Source: Balamuthia mandrillaris
Taxonomy: Eukaryota
Assembly: GCA_031835245.2 (NCBI GenBank)
Contig: JAVKOQ020000100.1
Coordinates: 1 to 64,000, forward strand
Length of the DNA: 64,000 bases
Reading direction: 5' to 3'
Both the position numbers and the translations under genes were made by a program. Under the pieces are notes generated by a model, which saw nothing but the letters and a program-made list of their open reading frames with translations, did not search any database and was not told the origin of the DNA. This document shows, in pieces, positions 1 through 13,237 of the stretch; the first letter of the stretch is position 1; every line of letters begins with the position of its first letter.

Positions 1-144
1 AGTTGCATCTGGTAGTAGAAAGGAAAGACAGCGACGAGCTCCTCCGGACGCTCCTCCTCCAGCGGTAATCGGATACGATGAGAGACGACGAGATAATGCA
101 CGAAGCGAGGCCGTCCTCCGCCTCCTCCACCTCCTCCTCCTCCT

Positions 145-176
<32 letters not shown>

Positions 177-539
177 TCCCATCGTTGTTGCAATATCTTC
201 TCCTGGTTGGGTGGCAGAAGAAGTGTCGAAGGGAACGATAACAGAGAAAGTATCGCTTCCCACGGTAATGTAGACCGGGACTTCGAAGGGGAAGCGCTCG
301 TCGAACTCGCACGGGATGGAGACCAGCTGGCAAGCTCCTGGCATCAAGGGCTCAAGCTCTGCTGGACCGACGTCCACTGTGATCGAGGCTTCCACTGCAA
401 GAGCGTTCACCACGATCACCGCGCACTCGTTCTCAGAGGGTGGCTGAGTTTCTGCTGTTGGTTGGGGTTGAGCATGCGTGATAGTGGCGGTCAAAAGAAA
501 TGCCGCCAAAACAACGTGAAGAAAGAATGGGCCTTTCAT
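1..539 (-). CDS. Secreted/surface protein of unknown function; 5' part only, runs off the window start
   Basis: Minus-strand ATG at 539 opens a stop-free frame MKGPFFLHVVLAAFLLTATITHAQPQP... with a signal peptide, a beta-rich Cys-containing segment, a long poly-Gly and then ...VFPFYYQMQ. It is missing from the ORF track because there is no stop in the window. Confidence 0.7.
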
Positions 540-985
540 TTTTTCTTCTTCAAGCTTGTGTTGTTGTTTTGTGTTGTTGTGTTAGTTTTTTTTGAAGAGC
601 TTTGATGGTGGGACTCTATTTATGTGTGCTTGCGTGAAGAGAATGAAATGAAATGAATATGAGTGGTTCATTCAAAGAAAAGAGAGGAAACAGGGGACTT
701 ACTTTACAAGTTGGTCGTTCGCCAATCATCAAACGGAGAAACACTGAAAACAGAGAGATAATCCACCGAAAGGTTGCGAGTCAACTGCAGATGGGGGATC
801 AGGGGGTCAGCAAGTCAAATGAAAGTTGACAACGAAAACAAAAGAACAACACATCATTAGTACTTGAATGCATTGGCTCGCTTGACTGAAATTTGAAAGC
901 AACACGCGTCTTGAAGAAATTCGATGCCTGCATTACAATGACATGTGTGACCATACGAACGGGAAGATATGAAGCACCACGGTGC

Positions 986-3839
986 TCATGTGTTTCTTTC
1001 TTCTCCCCTTTGTTCTTCTGTTGGGCATGAGAGTAGGCTGCCCCATCGTTGGCCTATTGAACGACGGAACACAAAAAGAGGAGAGGAAGGATAGTTAGAG
1101 AGCGAGAGACGAGCAAAGGGAGTAAGACATAACGAGAAAACCAACGAGAGAAGAAAGAGCTGATAGTAAACACAACAAAGAGAAGGGAAGAGAAGAAAGC
1201 AAGAAAAAAAAAGTTCGCAAGAGAATACCATATTTCGCGTTAGTGGGAAGAGGAACACTCAGTTTCACAGCAGACTCCATTACATGAACAACTTCCCTCT
1301 TTGTTTTTGTGGTTGGGAATAAAAACATAAGAACGAAGAACGAAGAACGAAGAAAGGAGAACGGCACTTTACCTTTACGGCATCAAACTGAGAAGAAGGC
1401 ACTTCTAACAAAAGTTCGTCATGAAGCTGAACGAGCACGTGGACAGTGTTGCCATATCCCAGCTGCTTTAGCCTCCTCTGCACTTTTATCATTGCCACTT
1501 TTACCAGATCTGCTGCACTTCCTTGACATATGGTGTTTACTGCCTTTGTATAAAATGTTACGCGACAAGAAAAAGAAAATGGAAACAAACAGAAGCAATG
1601 AGACCTGTCTTTCAGCAGCGGATCGTACATGGTAATCCTCAGAGTTGATTTGTGGCAGGAAACGTTTTCTGCCTAGCAGAGTCCGTACAAAGCCAAGTCT
1701 TCGGCAGCGCATCAACGTCTTTTGTACAAACTGGAACACCCTTTTGTTTTTGTGAGAAAATGAAAAAGAAAAGAAGAAAGAAGCACGACGGAAGAAACCA
1801 AGGAAAGAAAGGATAATGGAGAAACGAACCCAACAAACTTTCCCTGAAACGAACGAATAAACTCAGCAGCCTCCTCCTTCGTCACACTCAACTCCACGGC
1901 CAATGAAGCCGCTCCTCTTCCATAAATAATGCCATAAATAATATGTTTGGCTCTGTTCCTCTCCTCAAAAGTGACTTGACTCTCTTCCGTTTTGTCCAAC
2001 CAACGAGCAGCCAAACTGCGAAACAAGTCACTTCCCTTTCTTTTGAGAATCGGGAGTAAGACGGAGTCCTCCGAGAAATGAGCCATCAAACGGAGTTCCA
2101 GTTGAGCGTAGTCCACCGAGAGAAGAACATGATCGCTGGCTGCAATGAAAGCGTTACGAATGGAGACAGTGAGAGCTTCTCGCTCGTTCAGATCCATTTG
2201 TAAGACAAATGAGTCGTTTTCATTTTCGGCTTCATTTGGAGAAGGATGAAGATGATAACTTTTGCTTTCTCTAGTTTGTTGTTTTTGTTGTTGATAAGAA
2301 GCAGAAGCAGAAGAGGAAGAGGAAGCAGAAGATAGCGGTAAGAAACGGACATCGTGAGCGATAGATTGAAGATTCGGATCGGTGAATGCAAGGCGACCAG
2401 TTGCAGCCGCCGTTTGAAGGATGGTGGAGTAGATGCGATGCATTCCGTTAAAGCGGGTGTCCTCAAAGGCAAATGGAGGCAAGGCTTCAATGTAAGTATG
2501 TTTCAGATGTGATAACTTTCGATGCTCCAAAACGATGGAAGGCAGACGATGGAGGGGTTGAAGCTGGAAGAGAATGTCAGAGGCGGTGCTTTTCTTTTTT
2601 TGGGCTAGTTTGCGTTTTGAGGACTTGGGGAATTGTTGTTTTTTCGACTTGGAGAATTGTTCTATTAAGTTTCGTTATGAAAAGAAGGTACGTTAGTATT
2701 CTTGATGTTGCCATACTAAAGCAGAAAGAAGAAAACAAAAACACACCAAGAGAGAGAAGCAAAAGGTACAAGTGTAAAAAAAAAAAAAACAGGACAAAGA
2801 TAAAAGCATTAGTAATACAAACCGCCGGGATAAGGAAGTTGTAAAATGTCGAATAGCATTTCAGCCACATCGGAGGGGTTTTCCAAAGATAATGGACGTT
2901 GCCGGGAAGAAGAGGATGATGAAGAAATTGAGGGAGGAGGGAGCATAGAAGGTTGGCCTCTTGCTGCGTTGCGTTTTTGTCGATGTTCGTCTATTAAACG
3001 ATGAGCTTCGGTCTCTAAAAATTTTAGCTTTTCGTTGATTTGATTCTTATGAAGAGAGAGTGAAGCGGCATCAAAGCCGATCCCTCTATACTCCATCTTT
3101 GCCTATAACCAAATAACATCAGAAAGAAAGACGCAAGGACCGAAACGATAAAAAGAAGATGCGCATACCAGAATTGGAAGGAGTGGCATTTCTACTTGTT
3201 TAAAGAGATCGTTTTGTGCCTTATCAAGTTCCAGTAAAGGTTTAATTGCTTTCATCAATGCCCAAGACCCATAAGCCTTTCGTTGTAGTTGAAATTTTAG
3301 CAAGTGAAACAAAACACAAGAGTCAACACGAGACAGAGAGAGAAACCATGGAAATACAGTCGCTGATAGAAAGAGGAGTGATAGGTGTTACAGAAGGAAG
3401 AAGATTGTTTTGGCCCCAAAAAAATCGACTTCCAAGTCCACGAGAGGAAGAAGTGGAAGTTGTTGTAGCGGCGGAAGCTGACGAAGAGGCGAGAAGAGCT
3501 TTTTGAAAGTTGATGTTGGTTTGAGCGAAAGATGACCAAACGTATGTTTCCAAGAGGTCATGTAATGATCGTTCTTTGTTTAAGTCAGGATCCAGCACCC
3601 AACAACCTATTTTAGGGTCTGCCAATGCACCTTTCACTATTTTTTTTTTAAATGTGAGCATGAAGGAAGAAAGCAACACAAACAAAGAACAAGAAGGATA
3701 AGGAAATAACCTTGGATAGCGTATGCAAGGAGTATTTTCAGCTGCGGCTTCATGAAGAAAAGCACCTTCTCGGAATCGGATGCTTCCAACAGTTGCTTCA
3801 GCAATCCAAATCTGTGATCGTCCCATCTATCAGTTTTTG

Positions 3840-3890
<51 letters not shown>

Positions 3891-6431
3891 CCTCTCCTCC
3901 CTCTACCTCTCCTACTCCTTCTCCTTCTCCCTCTCTAATCAAATACCTTTGATTTAACGGAGGAGAAGAAGGATAGCAATTCGTCAACGCAATACCCGCA
4001 AATGGTTGGTGTTGATCTTTTGGTGATGCTGATGATGAAGAGGAAGAAGAGACATCCTTTACATTTATCGCCCCAACAAGATTCTCTTTGATGGGGGATT
4101 GCGAGTTACTGTTGCTCTTATGGTTAGCGCTTTTGTTTCGTGAGTTGTCAGAGAGGGCGATGTAATAGACTTCGCGATCGTTCCAACACACACAAATGCC
4201 GTCGATAGTATGTACATTCGGAAGAAAATTGTAGGCATAACTTTGCCATTTCTATTGATACATATGTAAGAATCAAAAGCGGAGAAGAACATAGAAGGAG
4301 AAAAGGGTACCAAGGCAAGAAGAGTCATTCGAGAGCAAAGCAAAGACCAAGCCCACGAAGGCTGTTCCTTCCACTCCGCTACAAACGCCTCAAACACAAC
4401 GTGTGAGCAAGTCACCTCATAGCAAATCGGCTCCTCTTTCACCAACTTGGCCTTTGAATAGTCAACCGATGTTGATGAAGAAGCAAAAAGAGGCGGCAAA
4501 TCCGTCAGCTGTCTACAATAATGCCGCCAACTGAGTTTATCTAAAGGTGAAAGTGAAGAAGAAGGAGTGGTTGTGTCGATCGCTTGAGTGAAAGGGCAAG
4601 GTTGCTCAGTGACGCTCTCGTCACTTGATGGGGAAACAGTTTTGAGTGGTAGTGGAGGGAGAATATCTGGAAAAGACGGAAACGAAGTAACAGAAGGAGG
4701 TGACATGGTCTTTGTAGGCAATGTCGCTGTTAAGCGTGGTTTGTTATCATCAGAAAGAAGAGATGAAGAAGTAAAAGGAGGAGGTTGAGGAGGAGGTTGG
4801 AGAGGAGGTGGAACATGCGGAGGCGGAAACGTAGATCGTTCTGAGTTTAGTTCCACTTTTTGTGCTGGTGCGAAAGAATGATGAGAATAAGATTGTTGTT
4901 GTTGCTGTTGTTGATGGTGTGGATATTGAGAAGAGAGTTGCTTTCTTAATGTTGTTGATTCAATATCTTCCATCTCTTCAAACATTCGTTTTTGTGGCGG
5001 GTGCAACAAAACAGAAGGGTCAGCGATGAATGTAAAAGATGATGAAGAAGTAGATGGAAGGAAGGGCTGAATTTGTTGTACAACTGAGGATGAAGTAGGT
5101 TGTTGTTTTTGTTGCTCCAACGATGGAGGAAGAAACAAATCATCCGTGAAAGCGAACTCCGCAACAGCTGCAGCAGCCAAATGCAACGAAAGATCGTCCA
5201 CCTTTGGAATGCACAAGGAAGAAGGAGGAGATGGAGAATGAAGAGGAGAAGAAGGCGAAAGAGTGTAAATGGCTGTTTTAGGATTGTTTCGTTTGTGAAA
5301 AGCTACTGTGGAGAGTTCTGCACAAAGAGGAATGTCGGTGGCAGGAAGAAAGAAGGTTTGTCCATTGACTTGACGCAACAACTCCTGCACTCGCGACAAC
5401 AAAAGTTGAACGTGATGAAGAAGATGTCGTTGATGTTGCGAGGAGGGATTTCGCTGCTGTTGCTGGAGTAAGGAGAACGCGGATTGATCGCTGAGGAACA
5501 GAAACGTTCTTTTGACGGAGTGATGTTTGGCCCATAATAAAGCTGCTCATTGATTGACAACCGTGCATGTGAGAAAAAGTAAAGAAGGGAAGAGGGAAGA
5601 AGAAGGAAGAAGGAAGGAGAAGAACGGATGAATGGAAAAGAAGTAGGGAAGAAGAAGAAGAAGAAGAAGAGAATGAGAGATACTACAGGAAAGAAAGAAC
5701 AAACCTTGCTCACAAGCAAAAAGTGACGTCGCTCTCAAACATAACGACCTCTCCTCCTCCTCCTCCGCCTTTTCTTCCGCCGCCGCCTCCTCCTTCGTTC
5801 TGTAAGGCCGCAGCAGACCATAGTCAAAGGCCAAAGCACCCAGCCTCGTCTCCTCCAACGCCAACCACGACCAGCAGCCATAACAACGTTCCGCCTCCTC
5901 CGCTGTCTGCCCTCGACCCACAACTTCTACGGAGGAGTGAACGTAGAGGCAAAGCTTTTGATGTTGTGAAAAAGAAGAAGAAGAGCAGCTGTGACCACGA
6001 CCACCGCCGCTGCTTCGGAGACTCCGAAGTCTTCTCTTTCTTCTCTGTGGTTTGGTTGGGTTTCCGCCGCTTTCTGCCGTGGAGGGAGTAGCAGCGAGTA
6101 GCGGTGGTGGTGGTTGTTGAAGCTGAAGTTGTTGCACTTTGTCCTCCACTTCTTTGGACGAGAGGAGAGCAAGGAGCCAATCCTCGCCTTCGCCTTCCCC
6201 TTGGTCCTCTTCTTTTGATTTTGTGGATGTTTTTTCGGCGAGGAGGGCTGCGGCCAGTTGGAGGTATTCGTCGTCCTCATCCTCAGCGCGGTCGTGGTGG
6301 TGGTGGTAGCCATGAAAAACTCCGGAGGGGATGTTTACATGCTTGGAGGGCGGAGGAGGAGGAGCGACAGGGGACAAAGAGGGCGTCAGTGCAGACGGAG
6401 AAAATGGTTCCTCCTTTCCTCTTCTTCTCAT
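986..6431 (-). CDS. Family A DNA polymerase, Pol theta/Pol nu-like with no helicase domain; multi-exon
   Basis: Contains TAAATGRLAFTDPNLQSI, motif A LLSVDYAQLELRLMAHFSED, motif B RNRAKHIIYGIIYG, AVNTICQGSAADLVK and motif C VQLHDELLLEV. A degenerate 3'-5' exonuclease-like region (ADPKIGCWVLDPD) and thumb (MEYRGIGFD) are present. The last exon GQRWGSL... stops at 986. Confidence 0.88.
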
Positions 6432-6769
6432 CGGATTTTTTTTGTGTTGCGAACATTGTTAATTTCCTGAAATAATTCCTGGAAATATTTTGAACCATGT
6501 CTGCATAAAATTGCTGGAGAGACACGAAAACAGTTGCATTCCCTGCGGAAACTTGTCTTCCTTTACACTAGTTCCTGGTGTACCCCTCCATAAGGACATA
6601 TTTTGACCGTGTGCTTTTCATTCACGAGGAGGTGGTTCGGTCAATCATTTTCAGCGGTGATCATTCGATATTTTTACTATATTTGTATATTTGTAGACAA
6701 TTATTGAAAAATAAAACGAAAATTATTTTTTTTTGTTGGAGAGAAAGAAAGAAAAAAAAGTGTTTGTGT

Positions 6770-7858
6770 TTACAGCAGCTTCTTGTGGTGAAAGTATTGC
6801 TTGAGGTAGAAGATCTGCCACACACCAAGGCCAATGAGGATGACCAGAGAGAAGACGCTCAACCACACCACGCGAGAGTTTGTAGACTCTGTTTTTTTTT
6901 AATGTTATCAGTGAGAGGCAAAGAAGAGATAAGAATGAAGAAGAGAGTTACCATTGGTGCTTCTCATCTTTTCCTCGCGACGTCTCATGTACTTCATCTC
7001 CTTCAAGACGTCAGAGATGCTGTCCTCCATCCTTCGGACCTCCACCTCCATCTTGCTGAGGTTCTCACGGCTGGCAACCTCTTTGTAGTCCTTGGCCTCC
7101 GTTCCTGTCTTCAGCTCCAGAGAGACTCTCTTGGAGTAGCCACGAGGAATACGAACGCCTTTTTGTTGGATTTGTTCGTAAGGTTGTTTTTTTGAGGAAG
7201 AAAGAAGAGAAGAAGTAGAAAGGAGGACGAAGCACGAAGGAATGCACAACAAGAAAGAGAGAAAAAAAAGATAAAGAAATGAGAAGACAAAGAGAAGAAA
7301 GATGGAAACAAGAAAGAAACGGCAAGAACGTCCAAAGGAGCAGAAAGCAGAAGAGGTGAAAAGAAAGAAGCAAGAAGTGGAATGAACCTTGGATGGGAGT
7401 GTCCTTGAAACAGAATTCGAATTCGCCACCGTCCTCAGTGGTGAAAGCAAAGTGTCCCTCCTCTGCCGTTCTTCCCCAAATAAGTTGCCCCATGGGATCT
7501 CTTATCTACAAAAACCAAACATCAACACACACAAAAAAACAAGATTAAAAAATCACTCCAAAAAAAAAAAGAGGGGAAAAAAAAAAACAAACAAGCAAAA
7601 AAGAAACAAAGAGGGAGCTGGAGTGTATGTATGTACATCAAAAGAAAGGGTCATGGCAGGTTCACCAGCAGGGGTGGTCTTGGTGGAAAAGTCGCCCGTC
7701 ACAAGGACGTCCCTCGAGAGCTCCTCCTTGAAGCACTTGGGCTTCACGTGCTCCAGGTCGAACTTGATGGCCGAGACCACAAGGGAGGAGCCACACAACA
7801 ACACGAGCAGCGTGAGCGCACCGAGCCAGCTTTGCCAAGAAGAGCAGAGTGTCCTCAT
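6770..7858 (-). CDS. TMED10: p24/emp24/gp25L family cargo receptor (TMED10-like); multi-exon
   Basis: Signal peptide, then GOLD domain (KCFKEEL; GHFAFTTEDGGEFEFCF), coiled coil (YMRRREEKMRSTN), TM helix and C-terminal YFHHKKLL dilysine tail. Confidence 0.85.
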
Positions 7859-8313
7859 TGTTTTTTTTTTGCTTTGCTTTACTTTTGATTTGTTTTTCTT
7901 TTCTTTTTTTTTGGTGTTTTGTTTTGATATTTTTTGTAGACAATTTTTGGACACGTCACCCGTATTTCAAATCTATCGCGATAAATTCAAAATTTTCAAT
8001 GACTTATCAAAATTTTTGATGTCGTCGCAATCTATCCAAGAAGTTGAATAGTTGTCTTATTTATCACGATAATTCTGCCACGAAGAATAAAAATAACAAA
8101 AGAAAAAGCTTGCTGTCGAAGCAACTGCGGGAAGAATCGTTAGCAGTGGAGCAGGCCTGTACGTTCCTCTCTTCTTCTTCCTCTTCTTCTGCTTCCTCTT
8201 TTTTTTTCCCACACTTTGTTTTCAAAAAGAAAACAGCAGAGAGCAAAAATAAAATAAAAACACTACACAATGCATTCTTGCTCTGTTTTTTTCAACAACA
8301 ACAAAAACTAAAC

Positions 8314-10989
8314 TCAAAACAATTTGGCCTCTACCATCAGGCTGACCACGGCGGCCATGCCTCGCACCGAGTAGGCCAAGCCGCCCCACGTCTGAGGCGT
8401 CTGCACCCTCACCGTCCTCGCCGAGGCCGCCAGCTTCAGCTGCATGGAAAAGTGCAGGGCGTCCTGCAGGCAGACCAGGAGCTGCTCCGCCAGGCTGTCA
8501 TCGCTGGTGTGGTGGGAGGTGTTGAGGGCGATGGTGGCTATCTTGGAGACGCAGCTGGCGAGGGCGCGGCTGTGCCTCATCATCTCCCCACCGTTGTTCT
8601 CTTGCTTCAAGTTGTCTTTCAGAATGAGGATTTCTTCCATCTTTTTTTTTTTTTTGGTTAGAACGAAAACACAGGGAAGTTAAAGAAATAGAATGGAGAA
8701 AAAGAAAAACCAAAATAGAAGAAAGAAGAGAAAGAAGAGAAAGAAAGAGAGATAAAGAAACAAAAAAGCAAAACAATGAAGCAAACCATTTCACGTGCAA
8801 GCATGAGGACCTGCTCCTCTCTCTGTACCGTTGGTGGTGCATTGGGGTTCTTTTCATTGTACCTTGCCAGCGCCGCCGTCAACTGCTTAAACGCCGCATT
8901 GAACTGCGCTGTCTCATCCATCCGCTCCGGCATGACCGCATGCGCTCCTCGCATCCCTCCTCCGCCTCCGCTGATGGCGGTGACCAAGTCAGTAAGTTTG
9001 TGATACTGCTCGGCGAGAGTCTTGGCTAAAGTGGCCAAGTTGGAGCGAGTAGAGCTGTCACCGCCAGTTCGGAAGACTGTCTTGGCGGTGATGATGAGGC
9101 CTTCCGTAGCGCGTGCGATGAGATGGCAGTGCTCTGCGAGCTTGTTCTGAACGTCGGCGCTCTGGACGTCTAACATTCTTGCATTAGCAAGCTTCAATAG
9201 CTTTTGTTTTGATGTTTTGTCAGTAGTCGTTTTGAAAACAAACAAACAACAAACACAGTTTTAAAATAGCATGTACGTGAATGGTGTTAGTGGCGGTCAA
9301 GCGAGCACACTTGAGCAAGGCCACGTCGGACTGTCTGGCCAAGCTAGCTTTGACCAAGGCCTTGGTGGCCAGAGCGACATCCTGTATGGTTTTCACTACA
9401 TGTTCGTTGGGCACGTGCGCCACGCAGAGCGTGTAAAAGTAGTAGGCCGTCTGTACGAGCTTCTTGGCGATCTCCAGCATGGTCTTGTGAGCTCCAGGGT
9501 CACCGGGGTCATCGTTCATCCTTCGCACAGCGGGAGCCAGGCCTCGAATGGAGTCGGAGACGTTCTGCGCCGCCACCTGGAGGGCTCGCTGCTTGGCAGG
9601 CTCCATGGGGGCCAGATCCATGGCGAAGCCATCCACCTTGGCCAACATGTTCTTGAAGGCCAGGGACATGGGTTTCAAGGAGGCGTTGATTATTGCCATT
9701 TCCTCTTGGGTGAAGACGGGAGCAGCGGCGCCGCTAATGTACATGGAAACAGCCTCGGTGAGTTCATCCAGGTTGATGGAACGGACGTTCTGTTGTTGGG
9801 GCTGTTGAAAAGCCTGTGATGTTGTAAATGATTCGGAAGTGGAAGAGGAGGCAGAAGAGGAGAAGCCTTGTTGAGGAGGAGGAGGAGATTGAGGCTGTCG
9901 AGGGGAAAGAGGAGCAGTTGTGGAGGTATAAGAAAAACCACCAGCAGGAGCGGCAGAAGCAGAAGAGGAAGACGAGGTGGAAGAGGAAAGAGAAGGAGAA
10001 GAAGGGGAAGAGGAGGAGTAAGAATCTGTTAGCTTGACCGGAGAAGGAGCTGGCATGAGTGGAGGCAGGTGTTGCACTGGTGGGCTGCCACTATCGTTCG
10101 AGGAGGCGAAAAATGTGGCAGCTGTGGCGGCAGAAAGAGTGGCAGGAGTGGAAGTTTTGTTGGCGTCGCTTGATGGTACAGAAATAGTTTTGGTTCCCCA
10201 TTTGATGGTGTCTTGAGTTGGTTCTACGTAGGCGTACACTCGTGGTTTCCGATTAGCTCTTTGTATCGCTGCCTCACCTTTTGGAAGAGAGAAGAGAAGA
10301 AGAACATGTTAGAAGGCGGATAAGAGGAGAGAGAGAGAGAGAGAGAGAGAAGAGATAAGAGAAGCAAGAAAAAAAAGAGATGAACAAGGACAAGAACAGA
10401 GTACTAGAAAACAAGAGAAACAGCATAGAATAGAGAGCAGAGGAAAGAGAATAGGAGAGCAAGTACTTTTCATGCGTGCAACAGTACTCCTAGGCAGCAA
10501 AATATCGGCTTTCTCCCAAACGCTCACGTCGTGGTTGGACAAAATATCGGGGTCAGCGCCTTGCTTCAACAGGTAGAAGGCCATATCTTCCTTGCAAGCC
10601 AACACACTGCGAAGGAGCGCCTACGCAGAAAGTTAGAAGAAGAAGAAGAAGAAGAAGAAGAAGAAGAAGAAGAAGAAGAAGAAGAAGAAGCAGTAAGGAG
10701 GTACCGTCATGCCATGGTTGTCTTGGGCGTCAATGTCTGCTTTGTTGTCCAGAAGGAACTGAGCGGCCGCCATATTTCCGGCTTCAGCCGCATGGTGGAG
10801 AGCAGTCCTTCCTTCCGAGTCTTTGCCTTGAATCCCAACACCCTTTTTTTTGTTCGGTTTTATTCTTAATTCTCTCAAATCAAAAAAAAAAAAAATAAAT
10901 AGATAAATGTAACGAACCTTGTTAAGAATCTTTTTCATTGCTTTTACATCGCCCTTGCGGGCCGCTTTACACAGTTTTAGTTCAGCCAT
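8314..10989 (-). CDS. Ankyrin-repeat protein with a Ser/Pro linker and talin/vinculin-like helical bundles; multi-exon
   Basis: N-terminal ankyrin repeats (GRTALHHAAEAGN; ADIDAQDNHGMT; GADPDILSN) followed by several Ala/Leu-rich amphipathic helical segments typical of talin rod bundles. Confidence 0.7.
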
Positions 10990-11175
10990 CCGCGTTTATT
11001 TTTTTTTGAAAAAAACCGCAACAAAACTTGACCGAACAAAAAAAAAAAGAAAGAAAACGATCCACACCGCTGCTTGTCTTCTTTCTCCTTGGCTCTCTCC
11101 TTTGTCAAATTGCATGACATCATCATGTTTGTCTACAGTAATTATCTTTTTGTCGACCCCATTTTCAGACTCTGG

Positions 11176-11195
11176 TGACGTCATTTCCCGCCAAA
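11176..11195 (+). promoter_or_regulatory. CRE-like palindrome next to an E2F-like site upstream of GINS4
   Basis: TGACGTCA immediately followed by TTTCCCGCCAAA, about 70 bp upstream of the ATG. Confidence 0.55.
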
Positions 11196-11267
11196 CATGA
11201 CCCCCAAACCAAAGTAAACAGGAAGCCACCGACAAACACACGCGTGTGCAGATACGTATCCAGCGCA

Positions 11268-12524
11268 ATGGAAGGCCCTGGAGCAAGCAGCAGCGATGGA
11301 AGTGCCGCGAGCGAATTCCCGCTATTCCGCAGCAGAGAGGAAACGAAGGGGGAGGAGGACGTGAAAGGCGTGTCCCTCAACGCGGACATGGGCCTGCTTC
11401 GACAAGCCTTCATCAACGAGGTCTATGCCCCCGAGATCCTCGCCTTTCAGTCGGAGGTGGTCTCGCGGCTGAAAGAGCAGTTTGAGGCTCAGGAAAACAA
11501 CGTTGCGGAGAGCACCCCGCAGGACGGGCGTGACCGTCTCGTGCATCATATCCTTTGGATGGATTTGAATCGAGTGAAGTATCTTTTGGCAGGTTATCTT
11601 CGCCTTCGTTTGGAAAAGGTTTATTTTGTTTTGTTTTGTTCTCTTTGAATTCTTTGCTTAGTTAGTGACCTTTTTTTTTTGTCGTTGTGTTGCATCAGAT
11701 TTGTAAATATGCCTTATTTATTGAACGTGTGTCTGAGATACAATCCCTTCTCTCTGCTAATGAACTTGAGTTTTTCGAAAAGTACCACTATTTCATACAT
11801 TCTTGTTCTTGTTCTTGTTCTTCTTGTCACTCGCTTTCTTCGAGTCTCTTGTCGTTGCTTTTCTTTTGAGAATTCTTGTTCTTGTTCTTCTTGTTCTTGT
11901 TCTTGTTCTTGTTCTTGTTCTTGTTCTTGTTCTTGTTCTTGTTCTTGTTCTTGTTCTTGTTCTTGTTCTTGTTCTTGTTCTTCTTCTTGTTCTTCTTCTT
12001 CTTCTTGTTCTTCTTCTTGTTCTTGTTCTTGTTCTTGTTCTTCTTGTTCTTCTTGTTCTTGTTCTTGTTCTTGTTCTTGTTCTTCTTCTTCTTCTTCTTC
12101 TTCTTCTTCTTCTTCCTCCAGCTTTGTTCTTCTTTCTCATTACTTCCTTTCTTCTGTTCTCTCTAGGTATGTCAAACAATTGCACGCACATTTCGAGGAG
12201 TCCTTTCTTCGCCATTTGCCAGAGAAAGTGAAACACATGGAGGAAGAGAAAATGGGTAAAGTCTCTCTCTCTCTCTCTCTCTCTTTTCTCCTGTTGTTTT
12301 TTCAACATCTTCTTCTCTTAATGGTTTTGCTTTTCCTGCAAACATCCACAATAGTGGTGGAGCCACCGCTCGAGACCAATGTTGTGATAAGGGCCAAGAA
12401 GTCGATGGACTGGCAGGCGGAGGAGGATGGGGACTACATCACCTTGGAAGAGGGCCACTTCTACACCCTTCAATACGCCTCTATTCGGCCGCTCTTTGAA
12501 GAGGGCATTGTTGAACTCGTTTAA
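11268..12524 (+). CDS. GINS4: GINS complex subunit 4 (Sld5); multi-exon
   Basis: LRQAFINEVYAPEILAF, MDLNRVKYLLAGYLRLRLEK, LSANELEF and C-terminal YASIRPLFEEGIVELV are characteristic Sld5 motifs. Confidence 0.92.
11800..12115. repeat. (TTCTTG)n/(TTC)n microsatellite in a GINS4 intron
   Basis: Visible tandem hexamer and trimer repeat. Confidence 0.95.
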
Positions 12525-12659
12525 AAACATTTCAAAGAGAAAAAAAAAGGTTTTTTCTTCTTCTCCTTCTCTTCTTTGTTCTTCTCTCGTCATCTCATCC
12601 TTCTCTCCCCCTCCCTCCCTCCCTAGCTGGTGGCTAACTGCAACAACAGACCAACGTTC

Positions 12660-12711
<52 letters not shown>

Positions 12712-13237
12712 TCTCTTTCTTTCTCTCTCTCGTCTCTCGTCTCTCTCTTTCTTCCCTCTCTTGTCTCTCTCTTAGAGGTCTCTCTCGTCCTGGCTCATGT
12801 CCGCTTGAGGGTGCGTCCTATATTTGTGATCTCTTGTCCTCTCTCGCTGTCTTCTCTTTTATGTCGACATCTAATTTTGTTTACCAAAAAAAGGCCAACA
12901 ACGACTCTTCAGCTGAAATCAAAAAAACGAAAACAACAATTATAGAAGAAGAAGAGAACAATAACAGAAGAAGAGAGGAGGACCTACAGCAACACAAGAG
13001 AGAGAAGAAGCTTTGGATCCGAACAAAATAAAGTGACAACCGATACCGTGAAAAAAAAAGAAAGGATCCAACAAAGGGGGACATAAAACCTGCAAACAAA
13101 ACAACCTAATCAGATGTGTGCGTACTCTGTTGTTGTTTGAAGTCTTAGAAACAACAACAAGACTCCAACAGTTTCGGTTGTTTTGCACCTCTGTATATTT
13201 TCTGTAATCCTTTTTTGTTTGTAATATCATACCAAAC

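Noticed and set aside
78..605. Plus-strand 175-aa ORF with poly-Ala/Ser
   Set aside because: It is the antisense shadow of the minus-strand signal-peptide gene.
540..985. Possible ncRNA in the intergenic gap
   Set aside because: No tRNA, snoRNA or other recognisable structure was found; it is probably promoter and 3' UTR sequence.
11679..12308. Cys/Ser-, Arg/Thr-, Leu/Val- and Phe/Leu-repeat ORFs resembling metallothionein or TM proteins
   Set aside because: They are translations of an intronic (TTCTTG)n microsatellite in GINS4.
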